A stretch of 44,588 bases of DNA, taken from the IMG/VR virus record IMGVR_UViG_3300042355_000725, positions 1 through 44,588 of that record. One strand, 5' to 3'. Shown here one piece after another: positions 26,101 through 34,164 of this stretch. A program made the translations under genes and the position numbers. The notes under the pieces are model-generated. The model had not been told where the DNA came from, searched no databases, and worked only from the letters and a program-made list of their open reading frames with translations. The first letter of the stretch is position 1, and each line of letters opens with the position of its first letter. This DNA comes from a virus (taxonomy: Duplodnaviria > Caudoviricetes).

Positions 26101-28954
26101 CCGCCGACTTCAAGAAAAAGTAATCGTGTATGTACGCTTGATGCCTGTCATAGCGAGGATCGGCAACTTGATATGCGCCGAACGGCACGTTGGATCCAAC
26201 CAAACCAAAAAAGTTGTCTGGCGATTGAAACTTTTCGAACCCTTTGATTTGCACGTTCGTTGACGGGTACAGTTGCTTGAGCATTGCTCCCGTCGTTTTC
26301 TCCAGTTCGACCGCTGTTGTGTGCGTTCGGCCCGCTAGGTCGCTTGGCATCATGCCGAGGTAGTATCCGATCCCGGCAGAAGTTTCGAGGAATCGTCCTC
26401 CGTTGAACCCTAGCTTTCGAGCGATGTCCCAGTGCGCCTGAACCACATCCGGGTGCGTGTAGTGGGCATTGAGAATCGAACCCTTGGTTGTTTCAAACTC
26501 TTCGTCCGTCAAGATAGAACGCAATAGCTTGCGTTCTTTGTCCCAGTCCTGCTTCTTGAAGTCAGGATCGTATTTGAGTTGTTCTTCATCACGCTCCTGC
26601 GACTCGTCGTCGTAAGCTCGCGGATTGTTGAACAAGGCAGGAAATTGGCCCCATCCAACGAACTTGGAAAGAGTCTCAGCTTCCTCCGGGGTAGGTTGAC
26701 GCCCCTCTTCCTGCAACATTCGCATCGTTTGCAGGGCTGCAATGTTTTGACGAAACTTCGTCTTGAGTCCGCCTTTAAGAAACTCGTTCGTTGTGTAGCG
26801 GAAATTCCCAGCCGCAAGATCGGTAGGGGTTTCTGGGGTCGGAGGCGAAGTGACGATCGCCTCGACGTTAGAGGCTACTCCTCGGGAATCGCGAAGAGTT
26901 GATCGTTGACCAGTTCCCGAATCACTTCCTTCGGAGTCCCCTGATCGATTAGCGTCTGCTCCAGTCTTTGAGCGGAGTCTACCATCATCGTCAGATAACC
27001 CGGAGTCTGATCCCCCAGTTCCTCCAGTAATTCCGGCCTGTTCGCTTCCAGGTGATCCAGAAGGGCTTCTTCCAGATATGGACTTCGGCTCTCGGGGTCC
27101 ACTGTCTTTGCTCTCTCGTTCCAGTCCATCTTTGGCCTCCGCATCCAGTTTACCACGATTCAAATGATGATGTAGGAGTTTCGCCGCAAAATCCGACGCT
27201 TCTTCAATCGATCCAAACTTTTCCTCGTAATCGGTTCGTTCCTTGGTCGGGGAATAATGCCGTATTGTATGCTCGTATTTACCGCCTGCTTTGCGAGCGA
27301 TGTTGATCTGCACTTTGTGTCCATTTTTCAGAACCAACTTGTGCGCCCGCCGCAATGTGTCTGCCCATCGATTGTGATTGGTGTTCCGCTCCTGCAAATC
27401 CGGGGCTTTCTGCTTGGAATCGGCGGTTCCAGTTTTTTTGCCGCTTTCAATCTCTTGGCGTTGCTGCTCCGAGGCTTTTGCAAGAACTTCGCCCGGAATG
27501 AACATTCCGCCGTAATACTCATGTCCGTCGATAACGAGTGGGTTTTCCTTCGTATAGCCTTTCGGGGCATGTTTTGCCGACATGAATTGCGGTTGCTGTA
27601 AAGCGACCTTTGCCGCTTTTACTAGCTCCGCAGCCGACAACACTCCCTCTCCAACGGCTGCGGCTACGTCTAGGCCCATCATCGTTGGATCTTGTCCCAT
27701 GCTGGGATCGCTGCCATCGTTCATGCCTCCCATGGGATCTGCGTTGGGATCCATGCCCATTCCGCCGTCCATGCCTCCCATGCCGGGATCCATGCCCATC
27801 GCTTGCGGTTGACGCTGAGCTTCGAGCGCCTGCTTGGCTAGTGGCTTGTGCTTCACGTCGAACGGGATCATGCGTCCGAAGATATTGATGATGCCGGGCT
27901 CTAGTAGCTGCTCTCGCATGTCGTTGATGATCGTCCGCACCCACGGGTCGAGGTTCGCGTAGAGGATCCCCATGGGAATCAATCGGCCTTGCCAAGAGCC
28001 TGCGTCGTCGGCCTTGAGAACGCCATCGGGAACGAACATCCCGCGTAGCATCTCCCCATCGAGATCCCCAGGGTACTGGAGGATGTGCGACGGGTTCGCC
28101 GGGACGGTGGCGCGTGTGAGGTTCCACATCGGGTTGCCTTTGTCGTCGTACTGGGCTGGAGTGGTCGTTACCCCTCCGGCTTCAATCTGCTCGACGATTT
28201 CGCGGGCCAGTTCCCGGTTGGCGACTTCGTGCGGGTTGTCTACGGTCCCGATGTCGGTCGATCCCTCGGGGTAGCGCAGGTCGGCCCCACCATACGCGTC
28301 TTTGTGCATGAACAATCGCCGAACATCCACAGCACCGCCATCGAGGTGCTTGTCGGCCCAAGCGCGATACGAGCCTTGCAATACGGTTGTGCCGTAGTGT
28401 TCGCCAGGAAAAGCGTTGTAGGAATGGAACAGACACTCGGGATGCCGCAAATCCAAGTAGCCTTCGGGGGCTCCCTTCACTCGTCCAAACCGAATGCCAC
28501 AGGATCGCCCGGTGTCGGGATCGAGCAGCATTCGAACATCGTTTGCGTGTCGCTGTTCGATGGTGGAGATTTCCCACGTCCCAAACTCGTCAGAACGCTC
28601 CCAGATGACTTCGCACCCGGCCCAGCCATAGATTTGAGCGGACGCGAGATGCTCGATGGCACAGTCCCATAGCTTGCGAATCTGACGCATCACCCAAGCG
28701 CCGACGGCCTCGTCCTGGCACATCACGCCCACTTGCCATTGGCCGTTGACCTCGTAGCCAAACTCGACGCCTTGGACGATCGCCCGCCGGGCTGCTAGTC
28801 CGATCTGAATCGTCTCGTCCAGAAGCATTTGCTCGATGATCTGAAACGTGAGCGGTGGTAGCTTTTGGTGCCGTCGCAGCCACCATGTTTGGATCGGCGC
28901 GTAGCCTTTGGTCTTCGCGGTCGGTCGTTTCAGTGCGTCGTTGATCTGGTTCAT
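20111..28954 (-). CDS. Giant polyprotein (2,947 aa): Mu gp29/DUF935-like portal + DarB-like N6-adenine methyltransferase + SNF2 helicase + zeta-toxin-like P-loop domain
   Basis: Portal motifs (DETIQIGLAARR, AQIYGWAGCEVIW, HYGTTVLQGSYRAWADK); MTase FLETSAGIG and NVPF; helicase AHEVGMGKT, FVDEAH, ATGTP, QRVGRGFR; C-terminal LILAGGGGSGKGT...RGELPRTVP. SD GGAGG before ATG 28954; no other portal candidate in the genome. Confidence 0.87.
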   Translation of the reverse strand: MNQINDALKRPTAKTKGYAPIQTWWLRRHQKLPPLTFQIIEQMLLDETIQIGLAARRAIVQGVEFGYEVNGQWQVGVMCQDEAVGAWVMRQIRKLWDCAIEHLASAQIYGWAGCEVIWERSDEFGTWEISTIEQRHANDVRMLLDPDTGRSCGIRFGRVKGAPEGYLDLRHPECLFHSYNAFPGEHYGTTVLQGSYRAWADKHLDGGAVDVRRLFMHKDAYGGADLRYPEGSTDIGTVDNPHEVANRELAREIVEQIEAGGVTTTPAQYDDKGNPMWNLTRATVPANPSHILQYPGDLDGEMLRGMFVPDGVLKADDAGSWQGRLIPMGILYANLDPWVRTIINDMREQLLEPGIINIFGRMIPFDVKHKPLAKQALEAQRQPQAMGMDPGMGGMDGGMGMDPNADPMGGMNDGSDPSMGQDPTMMGLDVAAAVGEGVLSAAELVKAAKVALQQPQFMSAKHAPKGYTKENPLVIDGHEYYGGMFIPGEVLAKASEQQRQEIESGKKTGTADSKQKAPDLQERNTNHNRWADTLRRAHKLVLKNGHKVQINIARKAGGKYEHTIRHYSPTKERTDYEEKFGSIEEASDFAAKLLHHHLNRGKLDAEAKDGLERESKDSGPREPKSISGRSPSGSPGSEQAGITGGTGGSDSGLSDDDGRLRSKTGADANRSGDSEGSDSGTGQRSTLRDSRGVASNVEAIVTSPPTPETPTDLAAGNFRYTTNEFLKGGLKTKFRQNIAALQTMRMLQEEGRQPTPEEAETLSKFVGWGQFPALFNNPRAYDDESQERDEEQLKYDPDFKKQDWDKERKLLRSILTDEEFETTKGSILNAHYTHPDVVQAHWDIARKLGFNGGRFLETSAGIGYYLGMMPSDLAGRTHTTAVELEKTTGAMLKQLYPSTNVQIKGFEKFQSPDNFFGLVGSNVPFGAYQVADPRYDRHQAYIHDYFFLKSADVAQPGGLIMHITSTGTMDKPDDKIRKLLADKCEFVAAVRFPTGMHQENAGTSVVTDMVILRKRIPGEQPVTLENTPSEADPKQPGFTGITVDSLGRLYHWKDGKRVPGPDWTQTTQVPDPDGGEPITINKYFAEHPENILGRLDRSATMRSAEEKGVSAASPEELSEALGRPVRVDVDPVSKKRRLVFEDGTPVSAEDRRRVGRDQLRTKLAKFIDNLPEGVYHPVQNSKQAFIPESMPAPDDVREGGYRIIDGKLFQRVGGGLVQREANKTQLARIEGQLAILAAGRAAINTQLKGEDASKDREALNQAYDKFVAQFGPINDRANTRAMQDSGDDQFFLRSLENYNAGTKQAKKADIFFKDTVRHTPSLDKVDNVSDAIGVSFHEFGGVNIEHIAKITGKTIEQAGRELSQSGIAFEDPSAGWQQAAVYLSGNVRQKLIAAKAAAEADPKFQVNVDALSKVQPEDKDISEISVNLGAAWLPPSDVAQFAADTLNTESRYFQISHSTLAGGLGGWKAKWSSEGQRRYSSGRIYQTQQWDTHGVGFIKLLEAALTGRKIEVKGGIDEYTDETGTHQIRAVDADGNEVVNRKATNDVAAKVQELKDKFGDWVWSDDDRAIRLARYFNDNFNNIRDLQIDGSHQTFPGMNPAIKLHPHIPNFVWQVVTNGTALAAHEVGMGKTYAMIASAMELRRLGLAKKPCIACLKANIEQITRDAQLLYPGARILSTQGNMTAKKRKELVSRMATGDYDLVIMTHDNLNMLKMRPEVEAQYMRDEIAEMESAKNAAEGEGGKDGRNRAKQIETAIKNLKVKLERILTAAGKDDAVAFEDTGIDQLFVDEAHYYKTLPTYSKQNRVKGIPQGRSQRATTMLMRCRYLQEHNGGRGVVFATGTPLDNTMAELYTMQRYLQPNALAERGISNFDDWASVFGSIETRHNFNVAGEYKPTDRFSKFVNVPELMAMARQVIDVQRADDLKLTPAQAAEINDPSRPAGSPVILRPKKVDQETVSPKHPAIEALMGNLQERAKALSGKRGQAEKGEDNMLVICTDGRKGAVDLRLLDDNAPDLPNSKTNQCVRNVLRLSRENPGFTQLIFSDVGVNPSTTTSRAAEAVVSDDAESEERQEEDEDITFNEEFADANLGSTGSFRLYDDIIDKLVAGGIPREKIADFSALKGQAKEDAMDKMRRGEILVAIGSTKKLGTGCNVQNKVMAMHHLDVPWTPSALEQRVGRGFRHGNELAKLGKPLLNIPYIQEGSLDSFFWQTVSTKAKFINQVMAGKSDAREVADADTETVTPDQLMAIASGNPLTMEKVELEDAIKRLRQGQQRHIREQTKTRELLSQADKSLPEMQSQLERHKADLAHFASRPDFEMKIGETTYNERKAAEEALASRMTEIDHEAANSDEWDRGNIEPIHIGEYRGVPLHYKPAEYFPSWRSRSYGKEPWTEKWKLSPIDHETRRLFLDLPSGDKIHSSSQPSLKSIEYSANMQKRADDQIQAISAQEANKASLQAKIGQKFAKQEELEKKQQRLREVEAALTGNQPESEDNAPKIVQSTAKLEEAERLRRRLAELEQEDPALMNLAPGTVRTFNGRQYTLNQHHRWQRSDRPQPSPHPQHVQQAPAQTQQHPMAQPGRPMPTFDPGTGQKLPVGHATQSAHASARQPGDAQTSSATPKPSQPQPPKPTSSTVSPHPQSSPSQPQSQTPSMESQLETIDQITQRDAAENYEQHKAKYLQSNGMYDAQGNLQGVVLNTDEWRTNFPQYVGTNAADVHEASSYLNKRLYSEALSGMKGKGNNRMLILAGGGGSGKGTATGLYYNQQEYPIVLDQASDSYPKLEQKLDDAIANGYKPLHVFIDRGPESALTGIAKRAMGLHKRGELPRTVPANIAFEANIKARKATLELLKRRHDVEVHVVDNRSDNRGEKRLITDRNEAIKYLEQRVAEEDQNAANGLEDRLHRNVAHRYLAGDIPEAIAKGLTSPEYIEEAKKWIPPYPTQQTQP
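26875..27129 (-). CDS. Nested out-of-frame gene (84 aa, acidic helical, weak TnpV-like pattern)
   Basis: GGAGG-6 nt-ATG at 27129; MDWNERAK...HLEANRPELLEEL...YLTMMVDSAQRLEQTL...IRELVNDQLF; the host frame here is a G/S/D-rich linker. Confidence 0.65.
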   Translation of the reverse strand: MDWNERAKTVDPESRSPYLEEALLDHLEANRPELLEELGDQTPGYLTMMVDSAQRLEQTLIDQGTPKEVIRELVNDQLFAIPEE

Positions 28955-29220
28955 ATTTTTCCTCCGCAAGCCTTGTCAACGTAAAGTTGCACGGCCTTGG
29001 ATTTCGCTTGTTGTGCTAGTTCTTCGTCACCGTAGGCTCGGAGCCAAAGTTCGTACACTTGTTGGTAGTTGGTCGCGTCGTAGTTCCCCTCGTCAATCTT
29101 CCGCTTTGCCTGGAGCGCTGGAAGCATCTCCTGCAGCGCCACGATCTGCTCGGCGTGCAGATCGAACGGGTTTAGCCCGTACTCCCATCCGACTCGGATC
29201 CTTCGTTCGTATTTTTTTTT
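28951..29220 (-). CDS. -1 frameshift extension of the tail assembly chaperone (gpGT-like; fusion ~182 aa)
   Basis: The -1 frame is open from the A9 run (29212-29220): KYERRIRVGWEYGLNPFDLHAEQIVALQEML... to the stop at 28951. Confidence 0.7.
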   Translation of the reverse strand, partial: KKKYERRIRVGWEYGLNPFDLHAEQIVALQEMLPALQAKRKIDEGNYDATNYQQVYELWLRAYGDEELAQQAKSKAVQLYVDKACGGKI

Positions 29221-29498
29221 ACCGCTTCGGCAACTTCACCGAGTCGGCTCCACAGTTGGAACGCCATGGTCGGAGTCGCGTCGGTGACTCCCATCTCTTT
29301 AAGTTCGTTTGCGGCTGCGCGAAGGAAATCGCGCGATGCGTAGACCAGTCCGTCACGCCGTTCGAGCGGGAACCGCTTCTCCATGTCTTCGAACATTAAC
29401 CGCGTCTCCAAGAGATCGACCGCCACCGTCACCGGCTCGGCTCCCGTCTTTTGGATGACGACTGAAAACGATTCGTCTTTCAGGTCGATGTGTGCCAC
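29172..29498 (-). CDS. Tail assembly chaperone (gpG-like)
   Basis: 108 aa ending AVKKN... over GTA AAA AAA AAT; SD AAGGA, GTG start. Confidence 0.65.
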   Translation of the reverse strand: MAHIDLKDESFSVVIQKTGAEPVTVAVDLLETRLMFEDMEKRFPLERRDGLVYASRDFLRAAANELKEMGVTDATPTMAFQLWSRLGEVAEAVKKNTNEGSESDGSTG

Positions 29499-29516
29499 TT
29501 CGATTCGATCCTTTCA

Positions 29517-31187
29517 CTAGGGGTTGTTTGGCGGTTGATTACCCGGACTGCCCGAGTAACTCGATGAACCGCCTTTTCCAGTTCCGTCGGTCAAAATGCC
29601 TGCCGAATGACTTTCGGCCAAATCCCGGCAAACGTATTCGATTTCCCATTTCGCTGCGAATACGGGTTGGCAATAGAACGTGCCGAGGTAGGCAGGCTTG
29701 AAACTTTTTTCAATCATCTTCAACTGCACGTTGCCAATGACGAGCTTCGGCATCGGGATCTCGTACCCGACGCGCACGGCCATGCCTCGGTAGATAATCT
29801 TGGTAGCGGCTCCTGGGTACACGGGAAGTATCGATGGAATTTCCGCGCGGCTCCCGCGTCCGGCCTGTTGCAGTTCATTTAGGTTAATCACGCCATCCTC
29901 TACCACTTCTGGCCCTAATGGGATCCACTGGTCTTTTTCTAAGGCGGACTGTTTGATGTCGAAGTACGCCTCAAAGTGTGCCCAACTAGCGTTCGGTGGC
30001 GGTAGCGGGTTGCAAAGGGCTCCAGCCAATGGCGTCGTTCGGTCGTAGACGATTTGCAAATCTTTCACCTCTGGGATTTCAGGGTGTTCGTGATTTACCA
30101 ATCGGTCCTGATTCACTGGGTCGGGAGTGAGTTGCGATATACCTCGGCAATGCTCCATGCCGTGCATCGAGTCTTCCCATTCGTCCCAAGTGACCCATAA
30201 TTGACTAAATAAACCCGACGCCCCGAGCCAGTTCGACATATCGCCCAGGGTGCGGTAAGAAATCGATGCCGACACTCCTGTGCCGAAGATGTCTTCCTCC
30301 ACATCAATCTGATCGACCAGTATTTGTGATCCGCTCCCGCGAGCGTACTCAATTCTGCGTAGTGCAATTTGCTGAAAAATAAACCACGCATACGACATGG
30401 GTTGATCGGCTGCAATCTCTACTCGCATCGACAGCGAGTGCTTGGTAGTCGCCATTTGAGAGCGAGATTTTGTAACTCGATGCGATGCCTCGATATGCAC
30501 CACGCCGGGCGGGTAGGGGTTCCGGGTCGGAATTTGCGTGTCGGTGACAGTGAATCCCAACGTCGCCTTGTCCGCACTGAGTTCGTATCGCTGCGACCGC
30601 TCGTAGCCAACAGGTTTGGTAAAATCAAGCTTGTCTCGATAGAAGTCGGCGTTATGGTCTATTTTGTTTGGTCCATCAAACGTCTTAGCTACCGTCAACT
30701 GCCCGGATATGGTGCGAGTGGTCCATCCACCTGGATCCAACGAGTAGGATTGGGAGTAACTAAACGAGCCAATATGCTCCAGTTCCGATCCCGAACTTTC
30801 GGCAATAAAAATGCAAACCTCTACCGACCAACGAACCTCGACGGCGGTGGGTGCGTTTGCCGCTGCCATGGGCCGCAATGCGAGAAGTTTTGGGAACGGG
30901 CCTCCCTCCACGTCCGTCATGCTGGCGCTGCCGCCTACATTCAAATCAAACCCGATCCCGATCCCTGTTGCTTTGAGGTTGCCACCGTTGCGGGTCAATA
31001 TGCGTCGTATGTCTTCGATCGTGTCGCCGACGCTTGGAACAACGACGGCATCTACCTCGATCTTGATTCGATGGTATTGTGTTTGCCTACGGTCGGGTGT
31101 TGGAACAACCTCAATCTCGACGGTGCGTTTTTGCCCCATGCCGAGCGAGATTCCTTCGTAGGTAAGTTCATCGAATGCGGCTGGCAT
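29517..31187 (-). CDS. Putative distal tail/hub protein
   Basis: 556 aa, beta-rich, directly downstream of the TMP-like gene. Confidence 0.55.
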   Translation of the reverse strand: MPAAFDELTYEGISLGMGQKRTVEIEVVPTPDRRQTQYHRIKIEVDAVVVPSVGDTIEDIRRILTRNGGNLKATGIGIGFDLNVGGSASMTDVEGGPFPKLLALRPMAAANAPTAVEVRWSVEVCIFIAESSGSELEHIGSFSYSQSYSLDPGGWTTRTISGQLTVAKTFDGPNKIDHNADFYRDKLDFTKPVGYERSQRYELSADKATLGFTVTDTQIPTRNPYPPGVVHIEASHRVTKSRSQMATTKHSLSMRVEIAADQPMSYAWFIFQQIALRRIEYARGSGSQILVDQIDVEEDIFGTGVSASISYRTLGDMSNWLGASGLFSQLWVTWDEWEDSMHGMEHCRGISQLTPDPVNQDRLVNHEHPEIPEVKDLQIVYDRTTPLAGALCNPLPPPNASWAHFEAYFDIKQSALEKDQWIPLGPEVVEDGVINLNELQQAGRGSRAEIPSILPVYPGAATKIIYRGMAVRVGYEIPMPKLVIGNVQLKMIEKSFKPAYLGTFYCQPVFAAKWEIEYVCRDLAESHSAGILTDGTGKGGSSSYSGSPGNQPPNNP

Positions 31188-33283
31188 TACAGGTTCCTCA
31201 TCGCTGCGATCCAGTTCTGCACGTCCGCCGGGTTGATCTGGCCACCCGCGTTCGGTCCAAACGCCTGAGTCAGCATTTGGAACATTGGATCCCTAGAGGT
31301 GTCGGTATGGTCTTCCTTCATCAACTCGGTCTGGAACGTCAACAATTTCGTCATGCGTTCCTGGAGTTGTTGTTGCGCTTTCGCGACCGCTGCATCCTCC
31401 GCTGCTTCGTTCTCATTCCAACTGATGTAGTCTCGAATCATGGCGTCGATGACGTTCAATACGGCACCTATCACGTCAATAGATTGGCCGCTTTTTTCGA
31501 TTGCCCACGTCGCCCCGGTGAGGACCATAATGATTTGGTCCGCTCGGTCAACGAACAAATCGGTAACGGCATCCCCTAGCTTTGCGATTGCCTCCTCTAC
31601 TTTGTCCTGTGCTTCTCCTAGCTTGGCCAGCTTGTCGCCTCGCTCCTCTGCTCGATCGACCAATCGCATTTGCCGACGCACGTCGGTTTGCGAGCGTTGA
31701 ATGGCGATTGCTGCCGAATACTGTTCCAGTTCATCCGCCTGACGTCTGGACGCTTTGTATAGTGCATCGAGTGCCATCACCGTGCCCACGGCTGCGGCTG
31801 CGACAAGCAGCAAAGGACCGGCTGCTGCGCCTGCTGCGACAGCCGCTTCGGTCATGCCTGCTGCGGCTGCGGTAGACGCTTCGGCGACTGCGGCCCCCTC
31901 GGCGACCGCCGCACCTTCGGTCACTGCGGCTTCTGTTGCAACTGCCTCGGTGGTTGCAACGCTTGCTGCCGGTTCAATTGGAGGGGGAGATTTTTTTGGT
32001 GCCCCAGAATAGTCAATTGAGTCATTCGATGCTTTTTGTTTTCTGGAGGTTTCTTTAGCAAATTCGGTTTCTTTCGACACCTGTTGCATTCGCTTTAATC
32101 GGTGTTGCGATTCGTCCGCTTTCCCGATTTTGTTTTCCTCTTTCCCGTGCGGCTGCGATCTTTCGATCGCGGCAACAATCTGAACCGCTCCGTCCTCGAT
32201 TGCGGCTACGGTTGCGTTGGCGCTGGTCGTTACTGCACTAACTAGCGATTCGTCTTTAGTCGATGTGGGTTTTGCTTTTGTTTCACTGCTGGCCGCAACT
32301 TGGTGTCTGTCCGGCTTTGCGTCAGTCTTTGGCGTTGCGGTTAGCTTTGTCGCTTCTGTTCTCGCTGGCTGCAACGAACGGAAAAGCGATCGCATCCACT
32401 CCAACGACTTCTCTAGCACTCCCGGCTCTGCTCTGGTGGTTTCAGTCAACTTCGCGGGTGGCGGTGTTGCTGGTTTCGATGGTGGTTCTGGCTTGGCCGT
32501 TGGAGGGTCAAATAACTGTGCAATACCATCGGTGATACGATCGAACAGCGTATCAACGCGATCTTCCGGCTTAGCTGCCAATGGTGGCGAAGAGACTTTT
32601 GGTTGCGGTAGCGGTGGTGGCGGTGAAGAGTTGGGAGATGGTAGCGGTGGCGGTAGAGACTCTGCATCCAGCTTGCGTTTTTGCGCCCTTTTTGCAAGCC
32701 ATTCGTCTGGCGCGGAATAGCCAAATATATCTTCCGTTCGAACCGGCTTAGATTCAGGCGATTCACTTACAGGCTCAGTCTCGGCAACAGGTTCCGGTTT
32801 CGCGGCTGGCTCTGGTGGTGGAGTCTCGGCAACGGGCTCCGTCTTCGCAACTGGCTCCGCTTCGGTCTTTTTGGGCGTCTCTTGTTTTTGCGGTGTTGCT
32901 TTCTCTGCTGGTCTAGCAAACAGCATCTTGTAGAGAGCAACGCCACCCTCCACAATCGTCTTGGATCGCGCAATCACGTCAGATAGAGTGTTTATCGCGC
33001 GAGTGAAATGTGCCAAGTCTACGATTTCGAGCGCAGCATGTTTGATTTTGTCCGCATCGCTCTTTTCGGTTTTGTGCGTCCGATCGGCCCCTGATTTTGC
33101 CGGGGTGGCACGGGTATCGGCTCCGTCAGTGGGCCGATCGGCTTTTTTCGTTGCACCAGTGGGTTCCGTGTCTGGCTTCGCGGTAGGTGGAGGCGCGGAG
33201 GTAGTTGCTTCCGGCTTGGCCGGATTCGCTACACTCGCGTTTGTGTCGTCAACGAGGACGATGTGAAACTGTGCGCCATCCAT
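31187..33283 (-). CDS. Tape-measure-like protein with long Pro/Ala/Thr-rich disordered N-terminal region
   Basis: Follows the tail tube; hydrophobic AAGPLLLVAAAAVG segment, then an Ala-rich helical C-terminus. Confidence 0.6.
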   Translation of the reverse strand: MDGAQFHIVLVDDTNASVANPAKPEATTSAPPPTAKPDTEPTGATKKADRPTDGADTRATPAKSGADRTHKTEKSDADKIKHAALEIVDLAHFTRAINTLSDVIARSKTIVEGGVALYKMLFARPAEKATPQKQETPKKTEAEPVAKTEPVAETPPPEPAAKPEPVAETEPVSESPESKPVRTEDIFGYSAPDEWLAKRAQKRKLDAESLPPPLPSPNSSPPPPLPQPKVSSPPLAAKPEDRVDTLFDRITDGIAQLFDPPTAKPEPPSKPATPPPAKLTETTRAEPGVLEKSLEWMRSLFRSLQPARTEATKLTATPKTDAKPDRHQVAASSETKAKPTSTKDESLVSAVTTSANATVAAIEDGAVQIVAAIERSQPHGKEENKIGKADESQHRLKRMQQVSKETEFAKETSRKQKASNDSIDYSGAPKKSPPPIEPAASVATTEAVATEAAVTEGAAVAEGAAVAEASTAAAAGMTEAAVAAGAAAGPLLLVAAAAVGTVMALDALYKASRRQADELEQYSAAIAIQRSQTDVRRQMRLVDRAEERGDKLAKLGEAQDKVEEAIAKLGDAVTDLFVDRADQIIMVLTGATWAIEKSGQSIDVIGAVLNVIDAMIRDYISWNENEAAEDAAVAKAQQQLQERMTKLLTFQTELMKEDHTDTSRDPMFQMLTQAFGPNAGGQINPADVQNWIAAMRNL

Positions 33284-33292
33284 CGCTGTCGC

Positions 33293-33772
33293 TTATGCCG
33301 ACTGGAACGCTCCGGTACTCAGATCGGGATACGCTCGCAAGCGAATTGGAACTTCGCGGAGGTCTGGCGCTTGCAACAGCGTGACCGGGAAGTTTTCATG
33401 CAAGATCGTGCGAGGGAATGTGATCGTCGCAGGGAGCGGCCCAGGGTTCGTTTGCAGTGCGGTCAGCACCAACTGCTTGCAGAAAGCACCCGCACCGCCA
33501 GCGCCGACATCAAGGCGTCCGATCTGGCCTGCGGTGTAACCCGTCCCGTAAGGGTTCATTAGGGTCTGTACCGCTGCGCCGTCGAACTCAATCAGCGTGA
33601 ACTCGATGGTCACATCGATCCCGCGAACGATCGCGTCTTGCGGGGTGTCGCCCCACTTGTCGCCAGTAATCAGACGCTTCATAAATTGATGGCTGATCCG
33701 GTATCCGTCTTTCGACTGTCCGCAAGCCAAATTGTTCCACGTCGCCGAATAGGCACCGCTTGTGAATCCCAT
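33293..33772 (-). CDS. Major tail tube protein
   Basis: 159 aa; GQSKDGY...ITGDKWGDTPQD...VTIEFTLIE pattern; lies after the neck genes. Confidence 0.65.
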   Translation of the reverse strand: MGFTSGAYSATWNNLACGQSKDGYRISHQFMKRLITGDKWGDTPQDAIVRGIDVTIEFTLIEFDGAAVQTLMNPYGTGYTAGQIGRLDVGAGGAGAFCKQLVLTALQTNPGPLPATITFPRTILHENFPVTLLQAPDLREVPIRLRAYPDLSTGAFQSA

Positions 33773-33777
33773 GGTTT

Positions 33778-34164
33778 CTATCTCCTAAAAAAAGTTCCCG
33801 CCTTTCGGCGTTGATCTTCGTCCCACTTCAAACACCCTGGGCAGTTCACAAGGTCCAGGACTTTGGTTGCCGCTTCAAGATTCGTAAACGTGGCCAAATA
33901 CGCACGTTTGTCATCGCAAGCGAGTTTGAACCGCAAACCGCCTCCGTCTTCAATGGGACCGTTCTTTGCCGGTACAAACCAATGCGTCAGGACCAATAGT
34001 CCGACAATCGGTGGCTTGCTGGCTCCGCACTTCGGACACGCGAATCGATCGTGCTTGACCTCGAACTCATAACGCTGGTTGTCCACTGCGCATTCTGGGT
34101 TGAGGCAGTAACCAGTAGGTGGTTGTTTGTCCGTTCGGTCCCGAGGAATGACGATGCCGCTCAT
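33778..34164 (-). CDS. Zn-finger hypothetical protein (128 aa)
   Basis: CLNPEC, CPKC, H...C...CPGC; start at ATG 34164 (ATGA overlap). Confidence 0.7.
   Translation of the reverse strand: MSGIVIPRDRTDKQPPTGYCLNPECAVDNQRYEFEVKHDRFACPKCGASKPPIVGLLVLTHWFVPAKNGPIEDGGGLRFKLACDDKRAYLATFTNLEAATKVLDLVNCPGCLKWDEDQRRKAGTFFRR

Noticed and set aside
21163-28662. Other same-strand out-of-frame ORFs inside the polyprotein
   Set aside because: Arg/Ser-rich, mostly overlapping conserved domains, and no clear SD noticed, unlike 26875-27129.
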